From IMG/VR virus record IMGVR_UViG_3300032248_000400, positions 9,599 to 73,598 of that record: DNA of 64,000 nucleotides; one strand, given 5' to 3'. The notes under the pieces were generated by a model that saw only the letters and a program-made list of their open reading frames with translations, ran no database searches and was not told the DNA's origin. Each line of letters starts with the position of its first letter. Positions within the stretch are counted from its first letter, which is position 1. Both the position numbers and the translations under genes were made by a program. The stretch is from a virus. Taxonomy: Duplodnaviria > Caudoviricetes. Below are positions 49,320 to 60,683 of this stretch, piece by piece.

Positions 49320-50429
49320 ATGATTTTAGATACAATATACAAAAAGACACAAACGGGTGCAACACAAGAGTGGACTATTGAAGTAGTAGGTAACAAATAC
49401 AGAACACATAGTGGCCAAGTTGGTGGTATCATAACTACAAACGAATGGACAGTTGTTTATGGTAAGAACGTTGGTAAAGCAAATGGTACTACTGATGGTG
49501 AACAATGTATGAAAGAAGCAGTTGCAAAGAGAACAAAGAAGTTAGAGAGTGGTTACTTTGAAAACATTAAACACATAAACAAAACACAATACTTTGAACC
49601 AATGTTGGCGAGTAAGTGGGAAGATAGTAAGGATAAGATTAGTTACCCAATATTCTCACAACCAAAATTGGATGGTATTAGATGTATCGTTACAAAGGAT
49701 GGTATGTTTAGTAGAAATGGTAAACCAATTATTTCAGCACCACACATTAGAGAAAGTTTAAGTGAAGTGTTTGATGTATATCCTGAATTGATATTGGATG
49801 GTGAGTTATATGCTGACAAGTTCGCAAATGACTTTAATAAGATTGTATCATTGGTAAAGAAAACAAAACCAACTGATGCTGACTTAAAAGAAAGTAAAAA
49901 GAATATTCAGTATTGGATATATGATTTACCAGATAATGATATTCAATTTGGTGATAGATGTGATAGATTGAATGAATTGTTTGAAAACTGCATTGCATTC
50001 AAAAAACATTGTGTTGAAGTTGAAACACATATTTGTAACAATGAAAACGAAGTGATGGAATTATATGAGAAGTATGTGAACGATGGATTTGAAGGTCAGA
50101 TGTTAAGAACAAATGGTAAGTATGAAAACAAACGTAGTAAAAACTTATTGAAACATAAATCATTTATTGATGAGGAATATACAATCGTTGATATTTGTGA
50201 AGGTGAAGGTAACAGAACCGGAACTGCCGGTTATATGGTATTCGAAACTGCTGACGGTAAAACATTCAAATCAAATGTGAAAGGAACGTGGGAAGAAACT
50301 GCTGAGATGTTAAAGAGTAAAAAGAAACTAATTGGTAAAGAAGCAACCATTAAGTATTTCAATTTAACACCGGATGGCATACCCCGTTTTCCATATGTTA
50401 CTGCTATTGATAGGAAAAGCTATGAATAG
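49320..50429 (+). CDS. ATP-dependent DNA ligase
   Basis: QPKLDGIR, LDGELY, FEGQMLR, KRSKNLLKHK, GIPRFP. Confidence 0.93.
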   Translation: MILDTIYKKTQTGATQEWTIEVVGNKYRTHSGQVGGIITTNEWTVVYGKNVGKANGTTDGEQCMKEAVAKRTKKLESGYFENIKHINKTQYFEPMLASKWEDSKDKISYPIFSQPKLDGIRCIVTKDGMFSRNGKPIISAPHIRESLSEVFDVYPELILDGELYADKFANDFNKIVSLVKKTKPTDADLKESKKNIQYWIYDLPDNDIQFGDRCDRLNELFENCIAFKKHCVEVETHICNNENEVMELYEKYVNDGFEGQMLRTNGKYENKRSKNLLKHKSFIDEEYTIVDICEGEGNRTGTAGYMVFETADGKTFKSNVKGTWEETAEMLKSKKKLIGKEATIKYFNLTPDGIPRFPYVTAIDRKSYE

Positions 50430-50456
50430 GTATCATATATAAAAAACCATAATATG

Positions 50457-50631
50457 TAACCGGTTGATACTCAATACAACCCGGCTAACTGGTTGATTAT
50501 CAATGAAAAAAAAGTTTATTGATAATCAACCAGTTATGTTATGCTAAATACCTACTCTCGCTAACTCGTTGATTATCAACAAACTTTTTTTCTAAAAAAT
50601 TTGGCCATTAACTTAAAAATCCGTATCTTTA
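50457..50631 (+). promoter_or_regulatory. Cluster of four IHF-consensus sites plus promoter
   Basis: Matches at 50457-50469 (-), 50486-50498 (-), 50524-50536 (+), 50562-50574 (-); TTTG 50600-N20-TATCTTTA. Confidence 0.75.
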
Positions 50632-50694
50632 CGAAGTAAAGTTAATAACAATTTTATATGGGGGTGTATATTGCCCCTTTTTTAATGTCTAAAA

Positions 50695-51546
50695 ATGTAT
50701 ATTATGAGTAAGTTAAAATTCACAACAATTTCCGCCGCTAAGAAATCAACCGGTCTATCTTATTTAGGTAGTGTTGCTTCATCATCTAAAATCGCTAAGG
50801 GGTTGAAGTATAACGAAATGACTTATATATTGTATCTTGCTCCGGCTGATATGAGTGGTTATAATGTTTGTCCTATGGCGAGTGCCGAATGTAAAGAAGC
50901 TTGTTTGAGTGAATCGGGTCACAATCGTATTGATGTTAAAAAGAATAATATCAACAAAGCACGTATCAAAAAAACTAAATTGTTTTTTGAACATAGAGAA
51001 TTCTTTATGCATTGGTTACACGCTGAGATTTGTAACGCTAAGTTGAAAGCTGAAGATTTGGGTATGAGATTTTCAGTTCGTATCAATGGTACATCTGATA
51101 TTTCATTAGAGAGTTTCAAAATCTATGGTATGAATATATTGGAGTTTTTCAATGATGTTCAATTTTATGATTACACTAAGGTTGTTAATCGTTTCAAATT
51201 GTTAGATAAATATCCTAACTACGATTTGACTTACTCTTATAGTGGACACAATATGTTACATTCATTAGCATTATTAGAAGGTAAGAAGGGACGCGTGGCT
51301 ATGGTGTTTGAAGGTAAACAATTACCAAAAACATTTATGGGTTTCAAAGTAATTGATGGTGATGAATATGATATGAGATATTTGGATGAGCAAGGTGTAA
51401 TTGTAGGATTGAAGTTTAAGAAAGTTCGTAACAAAATTGATACATCAAACAACGTATTCATCATTCCAATGAATAGTGAATTTAGTGTGTATGATGTTAA
51501 TCCAATGTTGACTAAAGCAGCACAATCAAAAATCAAAGTGAAGTAA
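50695..51546 (+). CDS. Gp88-like (radical-SAM-like) protein
   Basis: CPMASAECKEACL, VRINGTSD, QFYDYTK, DLTYSYS, DGDEYDMRYLD. Confidence 0.75.
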   Translation: MYIMSKLKFTTISAAKKSTGLSYLGSVASSSKIAKGLKYNEMTYILYLAPADMSGYNVCPMASAECKEACLSESGHNRIDVKKNNINKARIKKTKLFFEHREFFMHWLHAEICNAKLKAEDLGMRFSVRINGTSDISLESFKIYGMNILEFFNDVQFYDYTKVVNRFKLLDKYPNYDLTYSYSGHNMLHSLALLEGKKGRVAMVFEGKQLPKTFMGFKVIDGDEYDMRYLDEQGVIVGLKFKKVRNKIDTSNNVFIIPMNSEFSVYDVNPMLTKAAQSKIKVK

Positions 51547-52470
51547 TATGAACGATTCATTAATTAGAGCATTTGTTAAAAAAGTAAAATCAGAAAATAT
51601 GAGTAAATTAGATAAACTTAAAACCGAATTGAAACAATGGGAAGATATGGTACCTGTAAATAATATGGGTAAGTGGGCACGTCAGTCTAAGATTGATAAA
51701 CTTAAACAACTGATTGAAGATAATGAAGACTTAGGACCTGAATTTGATGGTGCTGGGTTTAGTGAAGATGATAGAATTGTAAACGGACAATATATGGTAA
51801 ACGAAAAAAATAAGAAGTAATATGCAAGTGAAAGAATCAAAAACAAATTGGCACTTTAGAATTAGTGTAGCTAAATCAATATTAAGAATCGCCGCAGGTA
51901 TGGCACTTTGTAAATCAGATTTCGTTTCATCGGGTATCTTATTCGTTGTGGCTGAAATGTTAGGAATTGTTGAAGAACTTTAAAATTAATAATATGAGTA
52001 AAGTAAAAGTAAAATTAGAAATGATGCCGTGTATAAAATGTAATAACGATATGCCGGTATTACGATTCACAAAGTATGGTTACAAACATTGTGTTAATTG
52101 TAGTTCAGTTGAACGTGTTGGTGGAGTTCAAATAGCAAACCACAAAACAGGCAATGAGATACAGGTCTTACCAATGGAAGTTGCCAATAACCTTAATCGT
52201 TTAGCACAACGTAGTGGTTATGGAGTTATGAAAGGTATGAAACATAATTAAAATAAAATATATGATATACACAAAATCAGAATTAAGAGAAATGGAAACC
52301 ATTGAGCAAGCTTGGGATGGTGATGAACTTAAAGTAGAATGTAATGACTTTAGAGTTTGGTTAGTTCATCCTGAAAATCGTAAATGGAATGGTGATTACG
52401 TTGTTGAAATTAATAACAATGGTAAATGGGAACAGAGAAGTTATTCTTTCTAAAAATAAAATAAAATTAT

Positions 52471-52827
52471 ATGAGTAAAGTAAAAGTATTAGGTAAAAAG
52501 TATGGTATTGAAATTACAAAGCCGTGGAGTAACGAAATGTATAATCACAATGATAAAGTTGGTGCTATAATGAAAGAGAACATCTTACAAGCCCTAACCG
52601 AAGTGTATAAAAAAAATGATGAAGCCGCTCTAAGAGAAATTGGTAAATCGGTATTGGCTTATGGATTTGGACAGGGTTATAGTATGGATGAAATGTATAA
52701 TGAAATTTGTAGTGAGTTAGATGTAGTTCAGAACTTTTGGTTGAATGATGAATATCCTTACTTAGCAAAGAAGGGATATGTGAGAGTAGTTGAAATCGGA
52801 TTTGTTGGTTATGATAAAAATATATAA
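52471..52827 (+). CDS. Hypothetical protein
   Basis: One of many small tandem ORFs at 51.5-58.5 kb. Confidence 0.55.
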   Translation: MSKVKVLGKKYGIEITKPWSNEMYNHNDKVGAIMKENILQALTEVYKKNDEAALREIGKSVLAYGFGQGYSMDEMYNEICSELDVVQNFWLNDEYPYLAKKGYVRVVEIGFVGYDKNI

Positions 52828-53178
52828 TATGAATTACGAAAATGTTATTTGTTGTAAAGGTAGAGATTGCCAAAAGACAACCGCCGATGAAGATGTTTAT
52901 GTAGAATTACGAAGTGACAATTATGGTATTCCTACGGGGTATTATTGTGATGATTGTTATGAAAACAATTATCCATATCGTAGGGATAACTACTATGACT
53001 ATATGAACGCGGGTGAGTATTTAAATGATGATTATTAAAAAAGAAAAGTATGAAAATGATAGTAAGAACTATTAAGAAGTTAGTTAACAATTGGTTAATG
53101 CTTGAGGATAGTGATGAGGTTAAGTTATTAGAAAAACAATGGCAAGAAAGATTAAAAGAAATACAAAATAAATAAATT

Positions 53179-53529
53179 ATGAGAGCAACTGATGAAAAAG
53201 CAATAGAGTATATTAAGAGTAATCCTATTGTAAAGAAGTTTATTGATGAAGTGAATACAAAACGATTAAACTATTATACTACGGCTAATATGGTTAATCA
53301 ATATAAAGAATTGACAGTTGAAATTGGTAATAAGTATATTCGTTTATGGACGGGAACTACGTGTTGGGGTTTCATTAGTAGAGTTGATGGTGATTTGAAA
53401 GGTGCACCAATTAAGAAAGGTGATTTATTAAAACCGGCAACTTGGAAAGCTCCGGCAAAGCATGCAAGGGGTAACATATTGGAAGGAACTGCTATGTGGG
53501 GTGAATACGGCCCGTCATACATTAAATAA
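53179..53529 (+). CDS. Conserved phage hypothetical protein
   Basis: GDLLKPATWKAPAKHARGNI motif. Confidence 0.65.
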   Translation: MRATDEKAIEYIKSNPIVKKFIDEVNTKRLNYYTTANMVNQYKELTVEIGNKYIRLWTGTTCWGFISRVDGDLKGAPIKKGDLLKPATWKAPAKHARGNILEGTAMWGEYGPSYIK

Positions 53530-54294
53530 AAAATCATAAAATGATACAAACAATACTGATAATTTGGTTTTTTCTAACATTACCAATAGTATATCAAGTG
53601 AACAAATCACTAAAAAATACAAAAGATGAATGGGTATCGGAAAGTTTTATGTTTCAGATTACTTTGATAATAAAAGCATTTTTCAAAGTACCACAATATT
53701 ACATCTTAACAATAATAATGTTATTCAAAAAATAAAAAATAAAATATGTTTAAAGAAATTTCAGAGAGAATACAAAAGACAAATGACCAAAGAGTTAAAA
53801 TGGCATTAACAATTATTAATGTTATGGAAACATCAAAAGATATTGCACTGAAAACAGCAGTAGCTACATCTATGTTGGAAATGTTAAGTACATCAATGAT
53901 ACCAGAAGATGGTGCTTTGGTTAATTTAATCAATAACTCAATTGATAAAGTGTGTGATATCATTTCAAATGAAACAGGTGTTTCAGATATCAAAGATAGA
54001 TTGTTTACTATACTAAATGAATCAAAAGAAAAGATAGATAGGATAGAGGCTGGTAATTCAATACTCAATAACATTAACTATAACTAAAATAAAACAAAAT
54101 GGAAAAATTAAATGACTCCTTATTAAAAGAAGCAATTGAAATGTTTGGAAGTGATACTGTCCACGAAGTAAGAACTATTGTAGAACTATCTGATATAGAT
54201 GGAGCTATAAGTATGTTTGAAGATATGAGTAAATTTGACCACGCAGATTGTGTTCAATTTTTGTATATAACAGATGAATATTAAAATAAAAATT

Positions 54295-54663
54295 ATGGGA
54301 TTAGATATGTACGCTTACGCTACTAAAGCAAAACCTGCAAAGGAAGTAGATTTTTCAACCGATGAGAATGATGAACAAATATATTATTGGAGAAAGCATC
54401 CTAACTTACATGGTTGGATGGAAAACTTATATAATGAGAAAGGTGGTTCAAAGGATAGTTTCAATTGTGTGCCAGTTGTATTAGATAGTGAAGATTTGGA
54501 TATGTTAGAACAGGATGTTAAGGATGGAAATCTGCCCGATACGTCTGGTTTCTTTTTTGGTGCAAGTAGTGACGAAGTTGATGAAGCTGATTTGGAATTT
54601 GTAACTGAAGCTCGTAGATTGATTGTAGAAGGTTACACAATATATTACACAAGTTGGTGGTAA
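54295..54663 (+). CDS. Conserved phage hypothetical protein
   Basis: MGLDMY...YWRKHPNLHGWM...GFFFG...YYTSWW. Confidence 0.65.
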   Translation: MGLDMYAYATKAKPAKEVDFSTDENDEQIYYWRKHPNLHGWMENLYNEKGGSKDSFNCVPVVLDSEDLDMLEQDVKDGNLPDTSGFFFGASSDEVDEADLEFVTEARRLIVEGYTIYYTSWW

Positions 54664-54679
54664 AATTAAAAACAAAAAT

Positions 54680-55042
54680 ATGAAATTTAAATCACATTAT
54701 CCACCCTTATCATATAAAGGTGCGATTAGTAATAAATGGTATGTTATATGTAGTTCGGATGGCGATGGTTGGGTTGAAGTTAATAGGCACTATCCGTGGA
54801 ATGAGTTGGAAAAGTTGTGGGATAAAATTGAGTATGCAAAACCAAAAGAGTTTAGTAAAGTCAAAGTGAAAAAAGAGTACAAAGTAAATGGAAGTAAAGG
54901 TAATGTATATAGTGTAGTGAATGATGATGATTTTTGGACTTGTAGTTGTCCTGCGCATGGGTTTGGTAGGGGAAAGGATTGTAAACATATAAAACAAGTA
55001 AAAGATGAAACATCTAAAAAAGGAAGTAGAAAAAAAGTATAA
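54680..55042 (+). CDS. SWIM zinc-finger protein
   Basis: WTCSCP...CKHI. Confidence 0.8.
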   Translation: MKFKSHYPPLSYKGAISNKWYVICSSDGDGWVEVNRHYPWNELEKLWDKIEYAKPKEFSKVKVKKEYKVNGSKGNVYSVVNDDDFWTCSCPAHGFGRGKDCKHIKQVKDETSKKGSRKKV

Positions 55043-55255
55043 AGTAGATGAATATCAACGTGATTCTCTATTCGCTGAACTAAATCAATTTTGTACATTC
55101 TCTATTGGAAAAAATGGTGATTACATTGAAGTGACTGAATGGGCAAATGGTGAGGGAATGGATATTGATATTGAAACATCACAAAGACAAAGATTTCAGT
55201 TGAGTTGGGGTCAATATGAAGCTATGAAACATTTAATTTCTATAATAGAAAAAAA

Positions 55256-55609
55256 ATGAAAATAATTCCATCGAGAAGAATATTGTGTAAAGAGTGTAAA
55301 AAACTAAAACACGCAAAAAAATACCAATGGAGGGTTAAGGATGGTGTAACTACTCTTGATTCTAAAACTTGTTTGACTTGTAAAAGTGAAAACGTTAAAG
55401 CATTGCGTAAATTAAAAGTAAAACATCCACAACCCAAAAATTCAAAGTGCCAATGTTGTGGTAAAAAAACAAAATTACATTGCGATCATTCACATAACAA
55501 AAGTAAAAGGTTTAGAGGATGGCTGTGTAGTAAGTGTAATGTTGGGATTGGTAATTTGGGTGATACCATAGTAGGATTAAAGAGAGCATTAAAGTATTTA
55601 TCAAAATAA
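55256..55609 (+). CDS. Endonuclease VII-like (His-Me finger) nuclease
   Basis: CQCCG...HCDHSH...FRGWLCSKCNVGIGNLGD. Confidence 0.85.
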   Translation: MKIIPSRRILCKECKKLKHAKKYQWRVKDGVTTLDSKTCLTCKSENVKALRKLKVKHPQPKNSKCQCCGKKTKLHCDHSHNKSKRFRGWLCSKCNVGIGNLGDTIVGLKRALKYLSK

Positions 55610-55627
55610 GTTTAAAACAAATTAAAG

Positions 55628-56221
55628 ATGAAAGCAAAAGAAAAAAGATTCATACAATGGGTCAAAAAACAATGTAAAGAAAATGGTATCAAATGTGATT
55701 TACGCAAAGTGAAGTATTTGAAGCTAAGTGGTAATATAAAATGTAGTGGTTACTTTGATGATGAAGAAAGAAAATTAGTAGTAGCAATGAATAGACCTGA
55801 TTGGTTAGGTATATTGGTACATGAGTATTGCCATTTAACACAATGGGCTGACGGTATTAAAATTTGGACGCAAGGTTGTGAATCTTTATCAAAAGTAGAT
55901 GTTTGGTTAGCAGGTAAAAGTGTTAGAGGTATCAAAACTGCATTAGAACAAAGTAGAGACTTAGAGTTGGATAACGAAAAGAGGTCGGTTGCTTTGATGC
56001 AGAAATGGGATTTGGATATTGATGTTGATGAGTATATCAGAAAAGCAAACGCTTATGTAATGTTTTACAATTATATGTATCACAGTCGTAAATGGAGTTC
56101 GCCTGGTAATTCACCTTACACAAACCAAACGATTATATCTAATATGAGTAACAAATTCAATATGCGATACAATAAAATGAGTGAACGATTAGTAAAATTA
56201 TACAAAGAACAAAATATATAA
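55628..56221 (+). CDS. HExxH metalloprotease-like protein
   Basis: LVHEYCH...LELDNEKR. Confidence 0.6.
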   Translation: MKAKEKRFIQWVKKQCKENGIKCDLRKVKYLKLSGNIKCSGYFDDEERKLVVAMNRPDWLGILVHEYCHLTQWADGIKIWTQGCESLSKVDVWLAGKSVRGIKTALEQSRDLELDNEKRSVALMQKWDLDIDVDEYIRKANAYVMFYNYMYHSRKWSSPGNSPYTNQTIISNMSNKFNMRYNKMSERLVKLYKEQNI

Positions 56222-57011
56222 ACAATGTTGAATATAGAAAATATACATAGAATTGAAGGGCTGACTGCAAATCAAAGATACATTTCTCATGCAGGTGAAA
56301 CATCATTAACAATTAATGGAAGTAGTGGTGATTATTATGAATTTGTTATCAACAAACAAGCTGATGGTATAGATTATAATAATGAATTGAGAGTAGTTTT
56401 ATATAGAAAACCAAATGGGCTTGGACTATATTCATTATTTTGTATGGGATTACAAATTGTAACAGAAATACAATTACATAGAAGGGAAATTACTCAACCA
56501 TCTGATTTAGCTAACAACATACGCAGTGTATTACAAAATGTATACGCATATTATAACAAATAAAACAAAAACAAAACAAAATGGAACAAAACACATTCAA
56601 AAGATTAGAAGATGATAGAATTGCATTAAACGGATTAATTTGGGGAAATGACCCTGCTAAAGCAATTGATATCAAAAACGAACTAACTGGTAACAAAGTA
56701 CATTCAATTAAATTGGAAGGAACTTATTACTATCCGTATTCAATTTATACACCTAAAACAAAAAAGTAATATATGAAAAAACAATTTAAAATTGGCGAAT
56801 ACGCAATCGGTGGAATTATCGCTATTGAAACAAAAAATGATGTGATGAAAATTGAAGCATTGGACTATGTATCAAAAAACGTAGTGATGGAAGATAAGTT
56901 TCATATGCAAAATTATAATTTCATAAATCAGATTGATAGTTTTTTAAATGAACTGACTACGTCATACTACGCTGATAAGATAATCAATTATATTAAAGAT
57001 AAAAAATAAAA

Positions 57012-57605
57012 ATGGGACAGTATTACAAAATAGTTAATATAAAGAAAAAACAATACATTACCCCACACGTATTTGGTGATGGTGCAAAGTTAATGGAATT
57101 TAGTATGAGTGCTAATGGTGTATTAGCTGGATTGGCAATATTACTTGCTGATGGAAATGGTAGAGGTGGAGGTGACCTAAATAGTGATAACAAAATTGTA
57201 GGTAGTTGGGCTGGTGATAATATTGTGATTGCAGGTGATTACGCTGATGTGGGTAGGTTTGTAAAAGAACCCAAACAAAATTTATACGAAGTTTGTCAGG
57301 CAGAAGGTGAAGATATATCCATAAAAGTATTGGATGCATTATTTGATGATCGGTATTTCTTTGAAGAGTTTAGAAAAAATAGAGCAAGTTGGACATCCAT
57401 TGTTGAAGTAGATAGCTTGATTAAAACAAAATTAAAAGAAAAGGGTCTATCAGAAACAAAAACATTTAATATACGTTCATCAAAAGATACAAATGTTACC
57501 TACAAAGTAACTGATGATAATGGAACATGGGAATGTGATTGCCCTTCATTTACTTACACAGGTGGAAAGGAATGTAAACATATCAGAGAAGCCAAAGCAA
57601 AATAA
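57012..57605 (+). CDS. Hypothetical domain plus C-terminal SWIM finger
   Basis: MGQYY...GSWAGDNIVIAGDY; WECDCP...CKHI. Confidence 0.7.
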   Translation: MGQYYKIVNIKKKQYITPHVFGDGAKLMEFSMSANGVLAGLAILLADGNGRGGGDLNSDNKIVGSWAGDNIVIAGDYADVGRFVKEPKQNLYEVCQAEGEDISIKVLDALFDDRYFFEEFRKNRASWTSIVEVDSLIKTKLKEKGLSETKTFNIRSSKDTNVTYKVTDDNGTWECDCPSFTYTGGKECKHIREAKAK

Positions 57606-58553
57606 AATGAAAACATATTACGATATAACTATAAATTCTCAATCGGGTGATGCTATAAACATTAAAGGAGTATCGTATTCACAGATGATGAAGATAGTTA
57701 ACGATAATCCAACTTTACAAAAGCTGGAAATATTAAAAGAATATTCAAAAAAAATTAGTAAATATTAAATTATGATAAAAAGTAAAGTAGAAAAAACAGG
57801 AATTGAAATTGATTTGACGGGGCCAGATGGCAATGCGTTTACATTAATTGGGTATGGTAGTAGATTGGCCAAACAATTAGGATTAGATAAAGATGCCATT
57901 CAAAAAGAAATGATGAGCGGTGATTATGAGAACTTATTGAAAGTGTTTGATAAATATTTTGGTGAGTTCGTAACATTGTATAGATAAATTTTGTAAAACA
58001 AAATAATTGTTGTACATTTATAAAAATAAAATAATATGAGCAGAATGAATGAATTGTTTATGAAAAAATCACAAAGTGAAGGTGACCAGTTTTTGGATGA
58101 GGAATATCAATATAAAGAATATTTGAAATCCGTAGCTGAAGCAGATAAAAAACTTAGTGATGAATTTTTTGAGCAATTAAGTATTGAAGAAACAAAAACA
58201 AACGAAAGTGGAAATACTAAGTGAAATAATTGAACTATCAAATGAAATGATAGATACGCTTGATGAAAGTGGTTTTTTTGAAGAGCATGTCTTTTTGGAA
58301 AGATTACCATTGAAACGTAAATTACAAATTGTAATGCAAAGGAAATGGGAGCAAGAAGGTGAAATAAAATTATCGGATTCGGAATTTCTTTCCGTATGTA
58401 ATTCAGCAATAGGTGATAATATTGCTGATACGCTTGGTAGCTTAGTTAATAAGGGAGCAGTGTATATGAATGTAGATTCAACAGGTGAAATAAGTTATAC
58501 AGCAAATAAGGGATTTGATTTGAATAATATATAATATTTATAGTAAATAAAAT

Positions 58554-59237
58554 ATGGCATTTACATCCGTTCACACAATAGATGAGGCTTCATTAAATAG
58601 AGTTTATCAACACGTTTCTGGAAATAAGAATGTTAAATCATGGGGAATGATTACGGCATTTAGATATGCTAATAACAAAAAAGAAAATCTAAATGCTAAT
58701 AAAAGTTTAGAAAATGATTTAAGAGGAAAGGGTTTAGGATTTTTCAGAGTTGAAGGTCATTGGCAAGAATGTCAGAACAAAGATATTCCATACGCTGAAT
58801 GTCCAAAAGAACAATTAATGGACTCTACTGAAACATCTTTTTTTGTTCCAAATATAAAAAAAGAAGATTTGCACGGTTTGTGTAAAAAGTATGAGCAAGA
58901 TGCCGTAGTTTATGGTGGTGAAGATACTAACAAAGAAGCTACATTGGTATTTAAAGATGGTAGTGAGGAAAGTGTTGGTACATTTAAACCTGATAAAGTT
59001 CAGCAAGCATATTCTAAATTGAAGGGAGGTAAAACATTTGCTTTCAATAAAGATGAACCAAAGAAAAAAGATGAACCCGTTAAACTTTCAGATAAACTAC
59101 CAAAGAATGTAGCAAATCTGAAAATCAAAAATCCTAAAACTGGAAATGATATCAAAGTGAAAAGTGCATTAGGATATGGAAAAGACTCGCCAGTATATAA
59201 ATTGGCACAAAATATGATTAAAAAACAAAAACAATAA
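58554..59237 (+). CDS. Putative virion protein with a C-terminal KNPKTGNDIKVKSALGY module
   Basis: EASLNRVYQH, TAFR, EQDAV; ATATTTATA upstream. Confidence 0.55.
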   Translation: MAFTSVHTIDEASLNRVYQHVSGNKNVKSWGMITAFRYANNKKENLNANKSLENDLRGKGLGFFRVEGHWQECQNKDIPYAECPKEQLMDSTETSFFVPNIKKEDLHGLCKKYEQDAVVYGGEDTNKEATLVFKDGSEESVGTFKPDKVQQAYSKLKGGKTFAFNKDEPKKKDEPVKLSDKLPKNVANLKIKNPKTGNDIKVKSALGYGKDSPVYKLAQNMIKKQKQ

Positions 59238-59257
59238 AATTTAAAATTTAAAAAGTT

Positions 59258-60016
59258 ATGACACACAAAGAAGCAAAGAAAGCATACCCATCGGTATTTA
59301 CAGCGGTACACTACGATACAAAAGTTTCAGTAGAAATAGACCATAGTGATTTGGATTTAGATAAAGTTATGGATGCATTCCAAACACTAATTATAGGAAT
59401 GGGATATCACGATGAAGCATTTAAACATTGGGTATTGGATAGAGCAGATGAGTATAGAGAAACTGATAGAGAAGATTTTAAAGAAAAATTAAACGAGTGG
59501 AAGTTTGATGATGAAGATATTGAAGTTCCACATTCAAACGAACATTGGAATGCCGATGAAAGTGATTTCTTTGGTGTAAGTGATGAACTTACTGAAAAAG
59601 AAGAATGGTTAGAAAATAGATTATCAGAAGATTCATTTCCACATTATGTAACCAACGAAGAAGCCGATGAGGACTTTCTTTCTACATTAGAGCAAGATGA
59701 GCAAAGGTATGAAGATTCACATATGTTGACTAGTTTTCCTATTGTAGACCCGTTTACATCTGAAACTAAATCAAATTTCAATGGAGCTACTCAATTCATT
59801 TTAGATTTTGTTGAAATGCAAGGCGATGCTACTTATACCGAAATGAATAATTACTATCGTAAAGCATTTGGTTCAAATAGTTTTTCACACATTCTAAAGA
59901 GTTTAATTATACCTTATAAGAATAGACCAACACGTCGTTATTTAGTTAAAACAGGTGGTGGGAATTATGAAGTGAAAGTAGCTACACCTTCTAATTGGAT
60001 TGATTTAAATTCATAA
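59258..60016 (+). CDS. Acidic hypothetical protein
   Basis: 252-aa ORF with a D/E-rich middle region. Confidence 0.55.
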   Translation: MTHKEAKKAYPSVFTAVHYDTKVSVEIDHSDLDLDKVMDAFQTLIIGMGYHDEAFKHWVLDRADEYRETDREDFKEKLNEWKFDDEDIEVPHSNEHWNADESDFFGVSDELTEKEEWLENRLSEDSFPHYVTNEEADEDFLSTLEQDEQRYEDSHMLTSFPIVDPFTSETKSNFNGATQFILDFVEMQGDATYTEMNNYYRKAFGSNSFSHILKSLIIPYKNRPTRRYLVKTGGGNYEVKVATPSNWIDLNS

Positions 60017-60178
60017 ACATGGGGTATCACCACCATCATTTGTCAAGCGTTGAACAATTGAAATCACAATTGGAAAATGATGGTGTTGAAGCTTTCGTAA
60101 AACGATATTCAAAATATGAGTGTATACTTGGTGAAACAGATAGAGTTGAGTTTGTTAAAAAAATAATTAAAGAATTTA

Positions 60179-60550
60179 ATGAAAAACGAACCATTAATAC
60201 TACACATTGATTTAGGCAATCAATCGGTTTCAAATTGGTTAAGAGAAAATAAATACATTATATTCTCTGAATTAGTTAGATATGCCGATAAGTTAATTAA
60301 AGATGACTTGGAGTTAATTCAGGCCATTATGGTATCTAATTTGGCTGATAACATTGTGTTTATATTGAAGCGAGAAAATATTGATTTGATGTTAGATAAG
60401 GCAATGGAATACTTTATGTCAATTGAGGAATACGAAAAATGTGCTGAAATTCGTAATTTATATATACTTATTCAAAAATCAAAAGATGAAACAAAGTATA
60501 TTAAAGATTGTGACTCAAATAAAAGAGCACCTAAAACAAATAGACGATGA
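60179..60550 (+). CDS. Hypothetical protein with a UVR-like motif
   Basis: AMEYFMSIEEYEKCAEIRN. Confidence 0.5.
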   Translation: MKNEPLILHIDLGNQSVSNWLRENKYIIFSELVRYADKLIKDDLELIQAIMVSNLADNIVFILKRENIDLMLDKAMEYFMSIEEYEKCAEIRNLYILIQKSKDETKYIKDCDSNKRAPKTNRR

Positions 60551-60683
60551 TGGAATTTCGCATCCATTGTTGGAAGATGTTTACGAATCTTTAAATCTTA
60601 TTGAAGATGAAGTTTATGACGATGACGCTCGTGGACTATCATTTGATATGGATGATGAAGATTTTTAATTAAAAAAAACAAAA

